Below, one piece after another: positions 19,232 through 29,743 of a stretch of 64,000 bases of DNA. Position numbers and translations under genes: made by a program. This DNA is from Guillardia theta CCMP2712 (Eukaryota > Protista > Cryptophyta), in the NCBI RefSeq assembly GCF_000315625.1, contig NW_005434537.1, positions 13,171-77,170 of the forward strand, written 5' to 3'. Within the stretch, counting starts at the first letter, position 1. Every line of letters starts with the position of its first letter. The notes below the pieces were generated by a model, which had not been told where the DNA came from, searched no databases, and worked only from the letters and a program-made list of their open reading frames with translations.

Positions 19232-21577
19232 ATGTCGGCCAGGGTCCGCGTGCGTGCGAGGTTGTCGGGTGCGGCAGGGAGTGACTTGAAGGACGAAATC
19301 TTGAACGTGAAGGGGGCAAAGATGCCCTTCGTCGGAGCGGTGCGCATAGTGTGTGAGAGGAAGGGCGTGGAGCACGACATCATTGAGCACGCGATGGCAT
19401 GGGTGGGCTGCCGGAACTCGTACTCGGCGGTGCCGCTGGGGGAGGGGCTGTTCGTGGTGTCGGGAGACCTGGCGGAGGCGGAGGTCAGAGACCTGCAGCT
19501 GATGGCGGTGGCGCCCGGTCCTTCTCCGGAACAGCTGGCGATGATGGGCGCCCCGCCGAACTCCAAGGACATCCATGTCGGGACGGGGAGGGTGCCGCTG
19601 CGTGGCCTGCTGGAAGTGTCCTGCGGGGACGTCGGGAGCGTCGAAGAGGATAAGCCCAGGAGCGCGCTGATGAGCATCGGGTACGACCCTGTCCAGCCCG
19701 ACGTCGAGCTGAAGGTGCAGGCGGTGCCGCTGCCGGAGGGGATGCGGGGGAGGTTCCGGGAGATGAACCGGGCGGCGCTGCGGGCCTTTGGTGCGATGGA
19801 GGAGACGCTCATCCCCATGGGCCAGGACCGCATCCACCGCTACAACATGCGGCAGAACCTGATCTCACAACGCTTCTACGCGGAGCTGCTGCAGCGCGGG
19901 ATCAAGCGGCACCCGGAGGGGGTGATGACCGGGTCGTTTGTGAGCAGCATCGGGAACACGCTCGTGGATCTGTTGACGAACATGGATGTGATCATGCAGG
20001 AGAAGATCCGGCTCTCGAGGACGACGGCGCTCGACGCCTTTGGCATCACCTCGTCCCTGTTCCGGATGACGGGGCTGTCGTTCCACGACCGCATCGACGC
20101 GAGGTCAGCGGCCGACTGCCTGGCCAACGTCGGCGGGCTGTTTGCCTCGGACTTCACCTACGCCAGCGACGTCAAGCCCGTATTGGCGGAGAAGACGCCG
20201 CGGGACCTGAAGCCAATCATCGAGAGGGAGGAGGGGGATGGTTACGTCATCGAGGTGTACGAAGATAGTGAAGAGCAGGAGAAGGTGCCCTCCTACGCGA
20301 TGAGCGAGGACATCATGGTGCCGTTCTCGGATATCTACCTGAGGTCTGCGCGGGCGGGGGATGCTTTTGGAGCTTCTATCGGAGCCAGGATCAAGAATCG
20401 CACCCCCGGGGAGTCGCTCTTCAACCACCTGGACAAGAAGCGCCGGGGCTACATCGAGGGCCTGCGCCACGGGGACTGCGAGGACCTGGCTCACATGGCG
20501 ATCCTTCAGTTCAGCTACATGCGCCGCTTCTGCGTGAGGCTGAGTAGCAAGTGCGGGGTGATCTACGACGAGTACCCCGACCTCGAACGCATGGAGCCGG
20601 AGAAGTTCGCGGGTGTGGTGCTCGAGTCACTCCGCGGGCAGCCCGAGCTAAAGGAGTGGACGGACGACGAGCTCCGGGGCGTGCTGCGGCAGTGCGGGGA
20701 GTTTGGGGAGCACATCCATGACACCTCCATGCGGGCGGTGCTGATGACGGCCAAGGCGGCGAAGATGTCGGCGTCGGGCAAGCCGATGAACATGCACCCC
20801 GCGGGCCACTGCGCGGCAATGATCGTCCGCGGGAATTCGAGCGTCAAGAGTATTCCGAGCAGCGCCGTCGTCTCCTCCTCTGCCGAAAACGACCAGAGCA
20901 GCTACGACCGCATCCTGACGGAGCTGACGACGGCGGTAAGGATCGAGAGCTTCGCGGGGCGGGGCGAGGTGGTTGGGCAGCCGAGTGCCTACGTGTCGCA
21001 GAAGATCCAGGCGGCGGGAGGACCGCCCACCCCGCTGACGGAGGCTGCCTTCTACAATCAGTGCACGATGCTCATGGCGCCGTCGCGGGAGATGAAGCCC
21101 TGGATGCACATCGGGAAGCTGGACGGCATCTTCTGGCACGTGGTGTCGACGATCGGGGACACAATACTGGTGAAGAACTCCGTCGCGGGGGTGCCGATCT
21201 CCGAGGCGGTAAGCACCTCCGACCCCTCCCTGCGCGGTATCAAAATCGACTTTACGGAGGAGGAGAAAAAGGAGACCCTGCTGATGGCGCGCTACGCGCT
21301 GCCCCCGATCGAGAGCAGCACCGCCCTGATCGGGAAGAAGCTCGACCGCCCTCTGGGACGCTGCCTCTACGGCCCTGACACCATCCCGATTAGCTATGTC
21401 CTTGCTCCTAGTAAGGCCGCGGAGGTCGCCGCCTGGGTGGGGCAGAACCAGGCGCAGCGCTACCAGGTGACACTGGGCGGGAAGATCATCGCTGTTCACC
21501 AGATGAACAAGTGCGCGATGAAGGGACTGCGCGAGAGTCTGATGAAGAAGGACAGGGTCAGTTTTGTGAATCTTTAG
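19232..21577 (+). CDS. Large protein with a transglutaminase-like cysteine peptidase motif set
   Basis: GDCEDLA (20471-20491), GHCAAMI (from 20804) and a downstream RIES; TATATAA at 19200. Confidence 0.6.
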   Translation: MSARVRVRARLSGAAGSDLKDEILNVKGAKMPFVGAVRIVCERKGVEHDIIEHAMAWVGCRNSYSAVPLGEGLFVVSGDLAEAEVRDLQLMAVAPGPSPEQLAMMGAPPNSKDIHVGTGRVPLRGLLEVSCGDVGSVEEDKPRSALMSIGYDPVQPDVELKVQAVPLPEGMRGRFREMNRAALRAFGAMEETLIPMGQDRIHRYNMRQNLISQRFYAELLQRGIKRHPEGVMTGSFVSSIGNTLVDLLTNMDVIMQEKIRLSRTTALDAFGITSSLFRMTGLSFHDRIDARSAADCLANVGGLFASDFTYASDVKPVLAEKTPRDLKPIIEREEGDGYVIEVYEDSEEQEKVPSYAMSEDIMVPFSDIYLRSARAGDAFGASIGARIKNRTPGESLFNHLDKKRRGYIEGLRHGDCEDLAHMAILQFSYMRRFCVRLSSKCGVIYDEYPDLERMEPEKFAGVVLESLRGQPELKEWTDDELRGVLRQCGEFGEHIHDTSMRAVLMTAKAAKMSASGKPMNMHPAGHCAAMIVRGNSSVKSIPSSAVVSSSAENDQSSYDRILTELTTAVRIESFAGRGEVVGQPSAYVSQKIQAAGGPPTPLTEAAFYNQCTMLMAPSREMKPWMHIGKLDGIFWHVVSTIGDTILVKNSVAGVPISEAVSTSDPSLRGIKIDFTEEEKKETLLMARYALPPIESSTALIGKKLDRPLGRCLYGPDTIPISYVLAPSKAAEVAAWVGQNQAQRYQVTLGGKIIAVHQMNKCAMKGLRESLMKKDRVSFVNL

Positions 21578-21598
21578 GGTTTTTATGAATAGTCTTTT

Positions 21599-21964
21599 TT
21601 ATTCCTCTCTTTCGATTGCCTCCTCTGACCTTCCCGGCGTCTGCTGGACGTCTTCGGGAGTGACCGCGGGACTCGCTGCTTCGTTTCCCGCTCCTTCTTC
21701 CCCTGCTGTTCCCGTCTCTTCCACTGGCAGGATGGGAGTGAGCGTCTCTGGAACTTCAGGGACGGGAAGCGGGAGGGGAGTTTGAGAGACAGGCACGCGC
21801 TGAAAAAGCGGTTGGGTGAGGGCCGGGAGGGAAGGGGCGGTGAGCACAGGGAGGGAGGGGGCGGACAGGTGAGAGGGGTGAGTGCCGAGCGTCTGGAAGG
21901 AGTACGAGAGCGGGAGCGGTGTGAGTCCGACGAGGGCGGCGGCGAGCATGGTTACTGTCTTCAT
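21599..21964 (-). CDS. Small Pro/Glu-rich protein with a signal-peptide-like N-terminus
   Basis: MKTVTMLAAALVGL; TATATAAAA about 36 nt upstream. Confidence 0.6.
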   Translation of the reverse strand: MKTVTMLAAALVGLTPLPLSYSFQTLGTHPSHLSAPSLPVLTAPSLPALTQPLFQRVPVSQTPLPLPVPEVPETLTPILPVEETGTAGEEGAGNEAASPAVTPEDVQQTPGRSEEAIEREE

Positions 21965-22002
21965 CTTCTAGAGAATTACACCGTGGGAGCGTTTTATATA
22001 CC

Positions 22003-22620
22003 CTAGGGTGCGGCTGTGAAGGCGCGCAGGATACCGTCACATACAGAGTTGAATACGTCGACGACGATCCCGTAGAGCTCCGGGGTGAAGACGACGAGGA
22101 CGAGATCCTTGGGGTGTGTCCTGACGTGCCCTCCGACGAAGGTTAGCGCGACCGGGAGAACGAGGATGAGCAGCTCTGTTGCCGTGCGCGCGATGCTCCC
22201 ACCGACGATGACCCTCCTGCCGATGCCATCCAGCGTGGTCGCCATGGTGTAGAGCATGTGGACGTTGCAGAAGCAGCCGAGCAGCACCACCAGGCTGGGC
22301 TCCAGGGTGACCAGGCGGACGAGCAGCGCGGTGTACACCACCCACGCCTCCAGGAAGTGCATGACGTACTCCAGGGTCTTCCCGTCGGCCCCCGAGGTGT
22401 AGACCAGGCTGGGTAGGAAGCACGCCACCAGGTGGAAGAGCGTGACGGCCGGGAAGAGGAAGGCCTGCGCTACCGTGAGGCGGTAGCTCTGGGCGGGGCT
22501 CTTGTCGAAGTGGAAGCCCCCCACCTCGACTAGGGTGGGAATGTAGTAGAAGGCCAGGCAGTAGCACTTCAGCAGCGTCGGGCAGCTGTTGTGGAAGCAG
22601 GGGCGGCTTGTGATGGGCAT
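22003..22620 (-). CDS. Multi-pass membrane protein
   Basis: 205-aa ORF that is hydrophobic throughout. Confidence 0.7.
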   Translation of the reverse strand: MPITSRPCFHNSCPTLLKCYCLAFYYIPTLVEVGGFHFDKSPAQSYRLTVAQAFLFPAVTLFHLVACFLPSLVYTSGADGKTLEYVMHFLEAWVVYTALLVRLVTLEPSLVVLLGCFCNVHMLYTMATTLDGIGRRVIVGGSIARTATELLILVLPVALTFVGGHVRTHPKDLVLVVFTPELYGIVVDVFNSVCDGILRAFTAAP

Positions 22621-22773
22621 CTCTGGAGGCGGAGGGGCGCGGGGAAGCGCCGCACGCGATTATAGGCCGCTGTTTTTTTTTTGTTCTGTTTTTTTTGACA
22701 CACGGGAATTATTAATAAACGAACTTTATTGCAACAGTTATGCAGCTCGGGACTAGAAGTAGACCTTTCACTC

Positions 22774-23043
22774 TTAGTTGCTCAATAAGTCAATCAGCGA
22801 GCTGATATGCAAGTTCATGGTCTCGATCTCATCCATCACCTTCTTGATGCTGGCGACTTCCGCAGCCAGTTTGCTGTGGATCTCCTGTGGGGTGGCTGTT
22901 TCGTCGATCTTGACGATGTTGTCACAGGTGTCGTTCAACATGGCATGGAAACGATTTTCCTTTTTGAAGCAAATGAGCTCGAACTTAAACATGCTGAATG
23001 CGGAAATAATACCGTCGAGCGTGCGTTTGATGGACATGGACAT
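22774..23043 (-). CDS. Hypothetical small helical protein
   Basis: 89-aa ORF; TATTTAA at 23091-23085. Confidence 0.55.
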   Translation of the reverse strand: MSMSIKRTLDGIISAFSMFKFELICFKKENRFHAMLNDTCDNIVKIDETATPQEIHSKLAAEVASIKKVMDEIETMNLHISSLIDLLSN

Positions 23044-23097
23044 CTTTGAAGTGCTTTGGCGTGGTGTGAACTTCTCCGCCGCATTTAAATAAGCGGC

Positions 23098-23652
23098 TCA
23101 CCGGAACTCGTAATTGACATCGTATCTCAATAGTTCTCCCTCCACCTCCTCGCGGACTCGCCTGGCCGCTTCCCTGGGGAAGACGTCTCTGGGATTCTTG
23201 CTGTTGAACTTTCGGTGGTACCCGGGAGCCATGCCGATGCCCTCCAGTATGACAGTCTTGATCTGCGAATTCTGGGTGAGGATGTGGCGGAGGGCGCTGG
23301 TGACGGTCCTGGCGTAGCTCCCCACGATCTTGTAGCAGGCGACGTTGGCCCTGTGGCGGAGCGGGGCGATGTCCCTGAAGTCGATGATGCTCTGCTCGTT
23401 GCCGCCGATGTAGGGGTGGCGCGGCGTCAGGATCCATTGGGCGGAGGCCAGGCGATCACGATTGAGCTGGACCCAGGTCTCTGAGTCCGTGGATGCAACC
23501 ACCTGCGGATTCGTGATGTGGTCCGCCACCTCGTTGATGTAGAGGTTCAACGCCCCCGGGGTTGGCACCCCTTTGAAGCTTGGACCCTTGCCGTGGACGT
23601 GCAAGGTGGTGTAGCACTGGGTGTAGGCGAGGAAGGCCATGGGGCGGTCCAT
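23098..23652 (-). CDS. Hypothetical protein
   Basis: 184-aa ATG ORF with GC3-rich codons. Confidence 0.65.
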   Translation of the reverse strand: MDRPMAFLAYTQCYTTLHVHGKGPSFKGVPTPGALNLYINEVADHITNPQVVASTDSETWVQLNRDRLASAQWILTPRHPYIGGNEQSIIDFRDIAPLRHRANVACYKIVGSYARTVTSALRHILTQNSQIKTVILEGIGMAPGYHRKFNSKNPRDVFPREAARRVREEVEGELLRYDVNYEFR

Positions 23653-23655
23653 GAT

Positions 23656-24048
23656 TCAGAGCCTTTTTTTATATTCGGATAAATAGGACTGCGCCTGAAG
23701 ATCCTCCCAACCTAGCTTGGCGTAGAGTTCCAGGATCATCTCGGCGGATCGCCTCATGCAGTCCCTTTCGGTTCCTTCATACTTGATGTGGTAAAGACAG
23801 TCGTGGATCTTCTCTAGCTTCTCGATGCTCGCCCTCACGTGGTACTTCAGCATTGGAAAGTTGTTGATCGCGTTTACCAGCATGCGGTAAAGGGGGATGG
23901 GGATGTTGTTTCTGGCAATCCTCTTCTCGATTCTCAGTGCCTCCCTCGCGTAGGGATCTTCCAATTCGTTATTCTTGTTCAGAATATCACTGTAGTGGTT
24001 CAAGACGTTCATATCATGATTCCACAGGTCTATGCAGGTCGTGGCCAT
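23656..24048 (-). CDS. Hypothetical protein
   Basis: 130-aa ATG ORF. Confidence 0.6.
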   Translation of the reverse strand: MATTCIDLWNHDMNVLNHYSDILNKNNELEDPYAREALRIEKRIARNNIPIPLYRMLVNAINNFPMLKYHVRASIEKLEKIHDCLYHIKYEGTERDCMRRSAEMILELYAKLGWEDLQAQSYLSEYKKRL

Positions 24049-24236
24049 GGTTTTCTGGGTGGTTCCGGGTTCGTCGGCTTTTTATTGACCCATCTAGAAA
24101 AAAAAACTCCCCGTCAAAAAAAATGACATCGAAAAAAAAAAATAAAATGTCTTATCGAAAAAAAAACTCCCCTGGTCTGTCTTTTTAATTGCCTCCATGT
24201 AGCCATCTCCCTGCATTTGCACCATCCTGCCAAAGG

Positions 24237-25652
24237 ATGAATGCACTCCATCCGCTCGACCTTCCCGCCGAGCCCCTCCAGGAGTATCCCGAGGAGGAGA
24301 AGGCCTTCATCATACCCACCGAAAAGTCTTCAGTCATTGCTAGCGCCTCTATCCCAGCGGACCCCGTCGAGCACGGCCTCCGTGTGCTGTACCGCTGCCT
24401 CCTCTCGACCCCCTTCTTCGGGGTGGTGCAGCAGACGTTCTTCCGGGGCAATGTCACCTGCGCGGACGTGATGCTGGAGACAGACAGGTCGAAGATACGG
24501 AAGGTGGAAGTGGCGGACCTGAAGGCCTTCGTCCGGAAGTACCTCGACCCTCTCAGGAGCTTCCACTTCGGCTGTGAGTACAACCAACCCATCCACCGGG
24601 AGCGGATCATGACCCACGGCTTCGCGCCCGCCTTCCGCGTGCTGAGCCTGGACATCGACTCGGCGATGAGCGTGGAGCCCTTCTGGAAGCAGCAGGCGTT
24701 CATGACCTGCCTCCTCGCGAACGCGGTGCTGCGGCGCTTCATGCCCGCGGAGGCGACCGAGCGCCACGTGCTGGTGTGCTTCACCGGGGGAGGGTGGCAT
24801 GTCTACTTCGCCTGCGCAAGGCTGGCAAAGAGTCAGGCGCGGTGGGCGATCGTCGAGAACATCTCCCGCGCCTCGCTGTTTGCGACGGAGCGGGGTGGGG
24901 GCAGCAACCCGCGCTTTCGCCGTGACAGGGAGGGATTCCTGCAGCTTCCGTTCGGCTGTGAGTGGGTGGATGGGGACCTGTTGCATAGGCGGGTGGACGA
25001 AGCCCCTGATGTCGTCTGGAAATCGCGGGAGGATATAGCCTTGCTAGTGGATAACCTGGGTTACTTCCTGCGGGACACGCAGGGGAGGCATCGGGAGTGG
25101 CTGGGGGAGAAGGGTCCCATCGTCTCCGTCCTCCGAAGCGTGCGCCACATCCCCCATACACTGGATGTCAAGGAGAGATTGGATGGCCTTGTGCGGGAGG
25201 TGCGGGAGGGAAGGGTGAGGCTGATGGGTCCGCTGTTCTCGTCGCTATCCCGCATCTCGCAGTTCGAGAACATGCAGGCGAGGAGGAGTTGCGTCGCCGA
25301 CGCGGCTTGGCTCAAGGGCGCGGTGATGTACGCCTGCATCAGCCATGATTGCTTCGTGAGCGGCTACCATGTCGACCAGAACTGCGGCCAGATGCAGCAG
25401 ATGCTCCGCGGCCCTCTCTCCGCCAAGGTGAGGGCCTCGGGGGGGTGCTTCCTGTCCTACCCCATCGGGAATCTGTCGGAAGTGCTCCAGGCGACCTACA
25501 AGGAGGCCGTCGTGCGCGTCACCGACCTGTCCGATACCTACGACATCGAGAAGCAGCCAATACTGAAGAAGGGCCTCGTCAGGTTCTACGCCTGGGCAAG
25601 GCTAATGCGCCGGAGTACGAATCGAGGAAGGGATGCCGAGGATAACGATTAA
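24237..25652 (+). CDS. Archaeo-eukaryotic primase, DNA primase small subunit-like
   Basis: LSLDIDS (motif I), FTGGGWHVY (motif II) and VDQNC..QMLRGPLS (motif III, cf. PriS LDxNVS..LLKSPFS). Confidence 0.75.
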   Translation: MNALHPLDLPAEPLQEYPEEEKAFIIPTEKSSVIASASIPADPVEHGLRVLYRCLLSTPFFGVVQQTFFRGNVTCADVMLETDRSKIRKVEVADLKAFVRKYLDPLRSFHFGCEYNQPIHRERIMTHGFAPAFRVLSLDIDSAMSVEPFWKQQAFMTCLLANAVLRRFMPAEATERHVLVCFTGGGWHVYFACARLAKSQARWAIVENISRASLFATERGGGSNPRFRRDREGFLQLPFGCEWVDGDLLHRRVDEAPDVVWKSREDIALLVDNLGYFLRDTQGRHREWLGEKGPIVSVLRSVRHIPHTLDVKERLDGLVREVREGRVRLMGPLFSSLSRISQFENMQARRSCVADAAWLKGAVMYACISHDCFVSGYHVDQNCGQMQQMLRGPLSAKVRASGGCFLSYPIGNLSEVLQATYKEAVVRVTDLSDTYDIEKQPILKKGLVRFYAWARLMRRSTNRGRDAEDND

Positions 25653-25713
25653 GGGCCATTTATTCTAAGATCTAGAAAGGGTAGGTCTACCAAAGAGTCG
25701 AATATGACGCTGT

Positions 25714-26064
25714 CTAGTAAAAGAATTTCTCATTCTTGCTGTCATCCTCAAAGCGTTTGATCTCTTGTTGCATCCGTTTGCTGGTATCGTTGGCAAATAA
25801 ATGATTGCCTGTAGCGTTGGCAAGGCGGGTGTGTTGGGCAAGCTGGACCTCGAGAATGTGAATGTGATTGTCAAAGAATTTGACCCTTATGTTGCACGGG
25901 ATGCGGTCTTCGTAATTCATCTTGAAGTGCTCAGATTTCCACTCGTAGCGAAAGTGCAATTCGCCTTTGTCGTTCATCTTGGGTGTGAGCGGGACTTCGG
26001 TTCTCTTACGCTTGCCATAACCTCCCCAGGTATACCCTCCAATAGGAATGTTGTAAGTGAACAT
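25714..26064 (-). CDS. Hypothetical low-GC protein
   Basis: Part of ORF 25714..26136; TATTTAA 42 nt upstream of ATG 26064. Confidence 0.55.
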   Translation of the reverse strand: MFTYNIPIGGYTWGGYGKRKRTEVPLTPKMNDKGELHFRYEWKSEHFKMNYEDRIPCNIRVKFFDNHIHILEVQLAQHTRLANATGNHLFANDTSKRMQQEIKRFEDDSKNEKFFY

Positions 26065-26168
26065 TGTCGTTTTCGGTGTCTGATGCTGTGTTGTCCGATT
26101 TAAATATGATTTGGAAAAAAAGATAGGAACGGGCAAGGTGGGTGGCGGGTTGCTGATTTTTCCTAAGT

Positions 26169-26789
26169 ATGTCCTGGAACAGTCTGGAGGAGTTCATCAG
26201 TTTCTTCATCGCGAGCCAGGAGTGCGCGCCGCTGCCGGTCCTGACGCTCCACGAGGAGAGCGGGGGTGACCGCGTGACGAACGGCTTCGATCTGCTGTTT
26301 GAGATGATCCGCCAGTCGATCTACAGCTCGGCGGCGTTCAGCGACGAGGAGAGGGATGCCATGAAGAGGAAGAAACTGGATCTGCTACGAAGGCTCAGGG
26401 CTGCATTGAAGGACATCGACACGGGTTGCTCCCCCGAGCTCCCGCCCTGGGAGTGGTCGGACGCATCCAAGGAGCGGGTGTACCAGGAGATGTGCCGGTA
26501 TCTCCGCGACCTTGCCAAGGTGTACGCGATGCACGAGGAGATCGACCTGCGCTTTGCCCCCATGGCCGACATCCACCCTTCCCACCCCGTCAACACCGCC
26601 GCCGCCGACCACTTCCTCGCGCTGTGCCGGCTGACCAAGATGGACAGCCCCGACTGGGCCTCTGGAGCTCCGGATGAGTTTAAGAAGCACCTGGATGTTG
26701 GCTTAGAAGACCTTGCCCGCCGCCCCTACTGGCTCAACGTTTGCATCCACGCCTACAAGATCCGCCTGGAGGAGGCGGGGTTGGCTTGA
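26169..26789 (+). CDS. Hypothetical protein
   Basis: 206-aa ATG ORF. Confidence 0.65.
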   Translation: MSWNSLEEFISFFIASQECAPLPVLTLHEESGGDRVTNGFDLLFEMIRQSIYSSAAFSDEERDAMKRKKLDLLRRLRAALKDIDTGCSPELPPWEWSDASKERVYQEMCRYLRDLAKVYAMHEEIDLRFAPMADIHPSHPVNTAAADHFLALCRLTKMDSPDWASGAPDEFKKHLDVGLEDLARRPYWLNVCIHAYKIRLEEAGLA

Positions 26790-26840
26790 ACGTGTCGGGG
26801 TGGCGTGTATTTAAGCGACGTGGGGTTGGCCTGGTTTGAT

Positions 26841-27872
26841 ATGCCATCATCTCTTATGCCGAAACGTATTACAAACAAGGATCCGGATCACCCTTCACAG
26901 GCAATGAAGAGGAAAAGGCCCAGTTCACAAAATAACGGGTCGAACAAGAAGTTAAGGTCCAGTGCAGAAACAAGTGTGGAACCGCAGCCAGTTGTTTCTG
27001 ATATAATTGCACCTCCCGAGTCTGCAAGCAGCTCTGCAGTAACAAATTTCTCTGGGCCACCCACCGAGGAATACAGGCAACTCCGCAGTGCGTCTGCATC
27101 TTCGAGCATGTCCTCCGTGCGTCGGAACCTGCTTCCTGCATTCAACAGTTCATCAGATCAGAGGTTTGATCGTCCAGTGATTCTAGAGAATAACCATGAA
27201 GAGATCATTCTGGATGCCATCCAGCAGGAGCCATTCTGGGCCAGGCTCAAGGATTCCATGCCTTCTTGGCCCGATCTCAAGGGCTCCATGCCCCGCATCA
27301 CCCCCGCGAGGATGATGCTCTTGCTGTCCGTTCTGGCGATGTTCATCCCGGGATACATGGGACTGGCCCAGCCGTGGAGCCTGAGGTGGAAGGTAAACTT
27401 TATGAAGTCCACCGTCAAGGTCCTCGGCGCTGGACTCGGTGGCTCGAAGGCCATGCTCGTCTACTCTGCGCTGAGCATGTATATCCCTGGCTTCTTCGAG
27501 CCCGGCGGCAATCCCATACCAAAACAGGACCGCTACGCGCAGCCTCCCATGGGGTTCTGCCCGGCAAACCACACCTTAGCGTTCAGTATGTATGTCATGC
27601 CGAATAAGGACCACCGTGTTCAATACCATTCCCCGGAATTCTGCCCGGTAAACCACACCTTCTGGCGTAACCAAACATGGCGCACCAAAGAAAATATGGG
27701 CTTTGACTGGAATGTTCCCCGTGCATTATACGACCCTATGCTTCCTTACAGCGTCTTAGCAGCTGTGGCGATGGTTATGGTTCCTTCTATGCATCGAAGG
27801 TATGAGTTAGAGCAGCGATTTAGGATGGTTCCGGCAAGACTTCGGGAAGCCCAAGCAAAACTGAGCAAGTAG
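26841..27872 (+). CDS. Membrane-associated protein with an NLS-like basic N-terminus and a duplicated FCPxNHT motif
   Basis: MKRKRP..KKLR, about 3 hydrophobic segments; TATTTAA at 26808. Confidence 0.6.
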   Translation: MPSSLMPKRITNKDPDHPSQAMKRKRPSSQNNGSNKKLRSSAETSVEPQPVVSDIIAPPESASSSAVTNFSGPPTEEYRQLRSASASSSMSSVRRNLLPAFNSSSDQRFDRPVILENNHEEIILDAIQQEPFWARLKDSMPSWPDLKGSMPRITPARMMLLLSVLAMFIPGYMGLAQPWSLRWKVNFMKSTVKVLGAGLGGSKAMLVYSALSMYIPGFFEPGGNPIPKQDRYAQPPMGFCPANHTLAFSMYVMPNKDHRVQYHSPEFCPVNHTFWRNQTWRTKENMGFDWNVPRALYDPMLPYSVLAAVAMVMVPSMHRRYELEQRFRMVPARLREAQAKLSK

Positions 27873-27979
27873 GATCGATGGTAGTCCCCTTTCTTGTATG
27901 TGAGTAAATCACGTAGATAATAATACCTGTGTGTTTTGGCCTCGTATAAAGGGGTTCTTCGAAGGTTTTCTTCAAAAGG

Positions 27980-29710
27980 ATGAATCGCGTGTCTTGGTTA
28001 TTCTGTGCGTTGGCCCTCTGTCAGCTGCCCGTGGGGGTCCGTCCGCAGGGCTTCATACCCACGCTGGGGGGCGTCAACGTGATGAGCACGGCGACGCTGC
28101 ACTCGGCCGCGAGCGTGGAGTACAATTACACGAGCAGGGTCTGGTCGATCCACTTGACGTTCGAGAGCGGCTCTGGTGCCACTCCGTACGTGCCTTTCCT
28201 CCTTGACCAGCGCTCGCCGACGGGGCCGAGCCTGAATTTCTTCAGTGAGGTGGCGCCGTGGTGCGGGGTGACCAGAGGGTATTGCTGTTACGGCGACTTC
28301 CTGAATTCCACCGTGTACTTCAACGACGCGCTGTATTCTGCGCTGTCCGGAATTGCAGACTGCGAGGAGCACGTTGGAGAGTGGGCGGCTGTGCTGGCGG
28401 GTCCCTTGCTGTCCTCCTACGGCGGGATCCGGCCATCCTCGCACATTGCCTTTGACTTCCAGACAGGGACGCTCTACATCCCGCACGAAGAGGCGCAAAG
28501 ATACGGCAAAGAATATCTGGACGAGAACGACAAGTATGTGATTGATCTGAGGTTCGCGGCGGTGTTCCAGGGGGGCGGCGGGGAGGGCCTTCTGAACCTG
28601 GCGTGGGTCCCGTACCAGGCGGTGCTGCTCCGGGACATCGACGACCTGTACAAGCGGTCCTACCAGGATGTAAGGGATTGCGTGGATCTGCAGCAGCCCA
28701 AGCCCGAGCACTCGTTCTGGCTGGCCAGGTACAAGTCCCCGGGTTCGGAGGAGCGGGTGTGCGAGTGGTTCTGCGACATCGGCTACTACAGCTACCCGCT
28801 GCACGCTCTGGAGGTGGAGCGGAGGGAGGGGTACGGCTCGGTGCCGGAGGCGGTGTGTGCGGTCCCGCCCCCAGACGGCATCGCGGTGGGGTACAGCCTG
28901 TGGCTGCTGATGAACACGACGGAGCTATCGCTGGAGCTGGGGCAGGCGGTCGTGCCGCAGAACCTGACGATGGACTCCGCACCCTCTGTGCCGCGTTGGC
29001 TGGACTCTCTGGCGGCCAACCTGAGCGCGGGGCTCGCGCGGGAGGCGGCGGGGATCGCGGGCCGGGCGGTGGGGGTGCGGGCGGTGGCGGAGCTGCGCGA
29101 CACCAAGTATGCCCGGGAGTGGCGCGTCTATATGCAGACGCTGCGGTCGCTTTATGAGAGGAAATTTCCCGGGACTGCCATAGACGGCCTGCAGACGGTG
29201 TTCCTGCGGGATGAGCGGTCGGAGCCGTACGCTTTCCCTAGCTGGCTGCAGAGCATGGGGGTCTTTGACCAGGAGTCGACGGTGGACATCGGGGTCTACC
29301 CCGTCGCAAGGAGGTCCGGGAGGGTGTCCATGTCGGTTGGAGGGGGGTCGACGCACTCGAGAAGGCAGCTCTCCGCTCCCCCGCCGATCAACGCGCTGGC
29401 GCTGGAGGTGGTCGTCTACCTCGACTCGCAGGGGTTGACGCTTGGGGACGTGGTGAACTCGATCTTCCAGTCCGGGGTGGCGATGGTGAACAGTACGGAG
29501 GTGCGCGGGCTGTGGGGGATGGACATCTACGTGCGGGAGATGACGGTGCGGGTGGAGCCTGTGAAGGGGAGATTCAGAGGAGGATTTGTTGTCGTCATCC
29601 TCCTCGCAGGGGCCGCCATTTTCCTCCTCTGCCTTCTCCTGTGCCGGCCCCCCCTGCCATCCTCGTACGAGCGCCTCCGCGCGGTGGGGCGAACTACTGT
29701 GGCGGGCTGA
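27980..29710 (+). CDS. Type I membrane glycoprotein, candidate envelope protein
   Basis: Signal peptide, Cys-rich ectodomain (C..PKPEHSFW..CEWFCDIGYY), several NxS/T sequons and a C-terminal TM segment GFVVVILLAGAAIFLLCLLLC. Confidence 0.8.
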   Translation: MNRVSWLFCALALCQLPVGVRPQGFIPTLGGVNVMSTATLHSAASVEYNYTSRVWSIHLTFESGSGATPYVPFLLDQRSPTGPSLNFFSEVAPWCGVTRGYCCYGDFLNSTVYFNDALYSALSGIADCEEHVGEWAAVLAGPLLSSYGGIRPSSHIAFDFQTGTLYIPHEEAQRYGKEYLDENDKYVIDLRFAAVFQGGGGEGLLNLAWVPYQAVLLRDIDDLYKRSYQDVRDCVDLQQPKPEHSFWLARYKSPGSEERVCEWFCDIGYYSYPLHALEVERREGYGSVPEAVCAVPPPDGIAVGYSLWLLMNTTELSLELGQAVVPQNLTMDSAPSVPRWLDSLAANLSAGLAREAAGIAGRAVGVRAVAELRDTKYAREWRVYMQTLRSLYERKFPGTAIDGLQTVFLRDERSEPYAFPSWLQSMGVFDQESTVDIGVYPVARRSGRVSMSVGGGSTHSRRQLSAPPPINALALEVVVYLDSQGLTLGDVVNSIFQSGVAMVNSTEVRGLWGMDIYVREMTVRVEPVKGRFRGGFVVVILLAGAAIFLLCLLLCRPPLPSSYERLRAVGRTTVAG

Positions 29711-29743
29711 GCGTATTTAGGACGGACGTGGGAGCCGCGCCGC

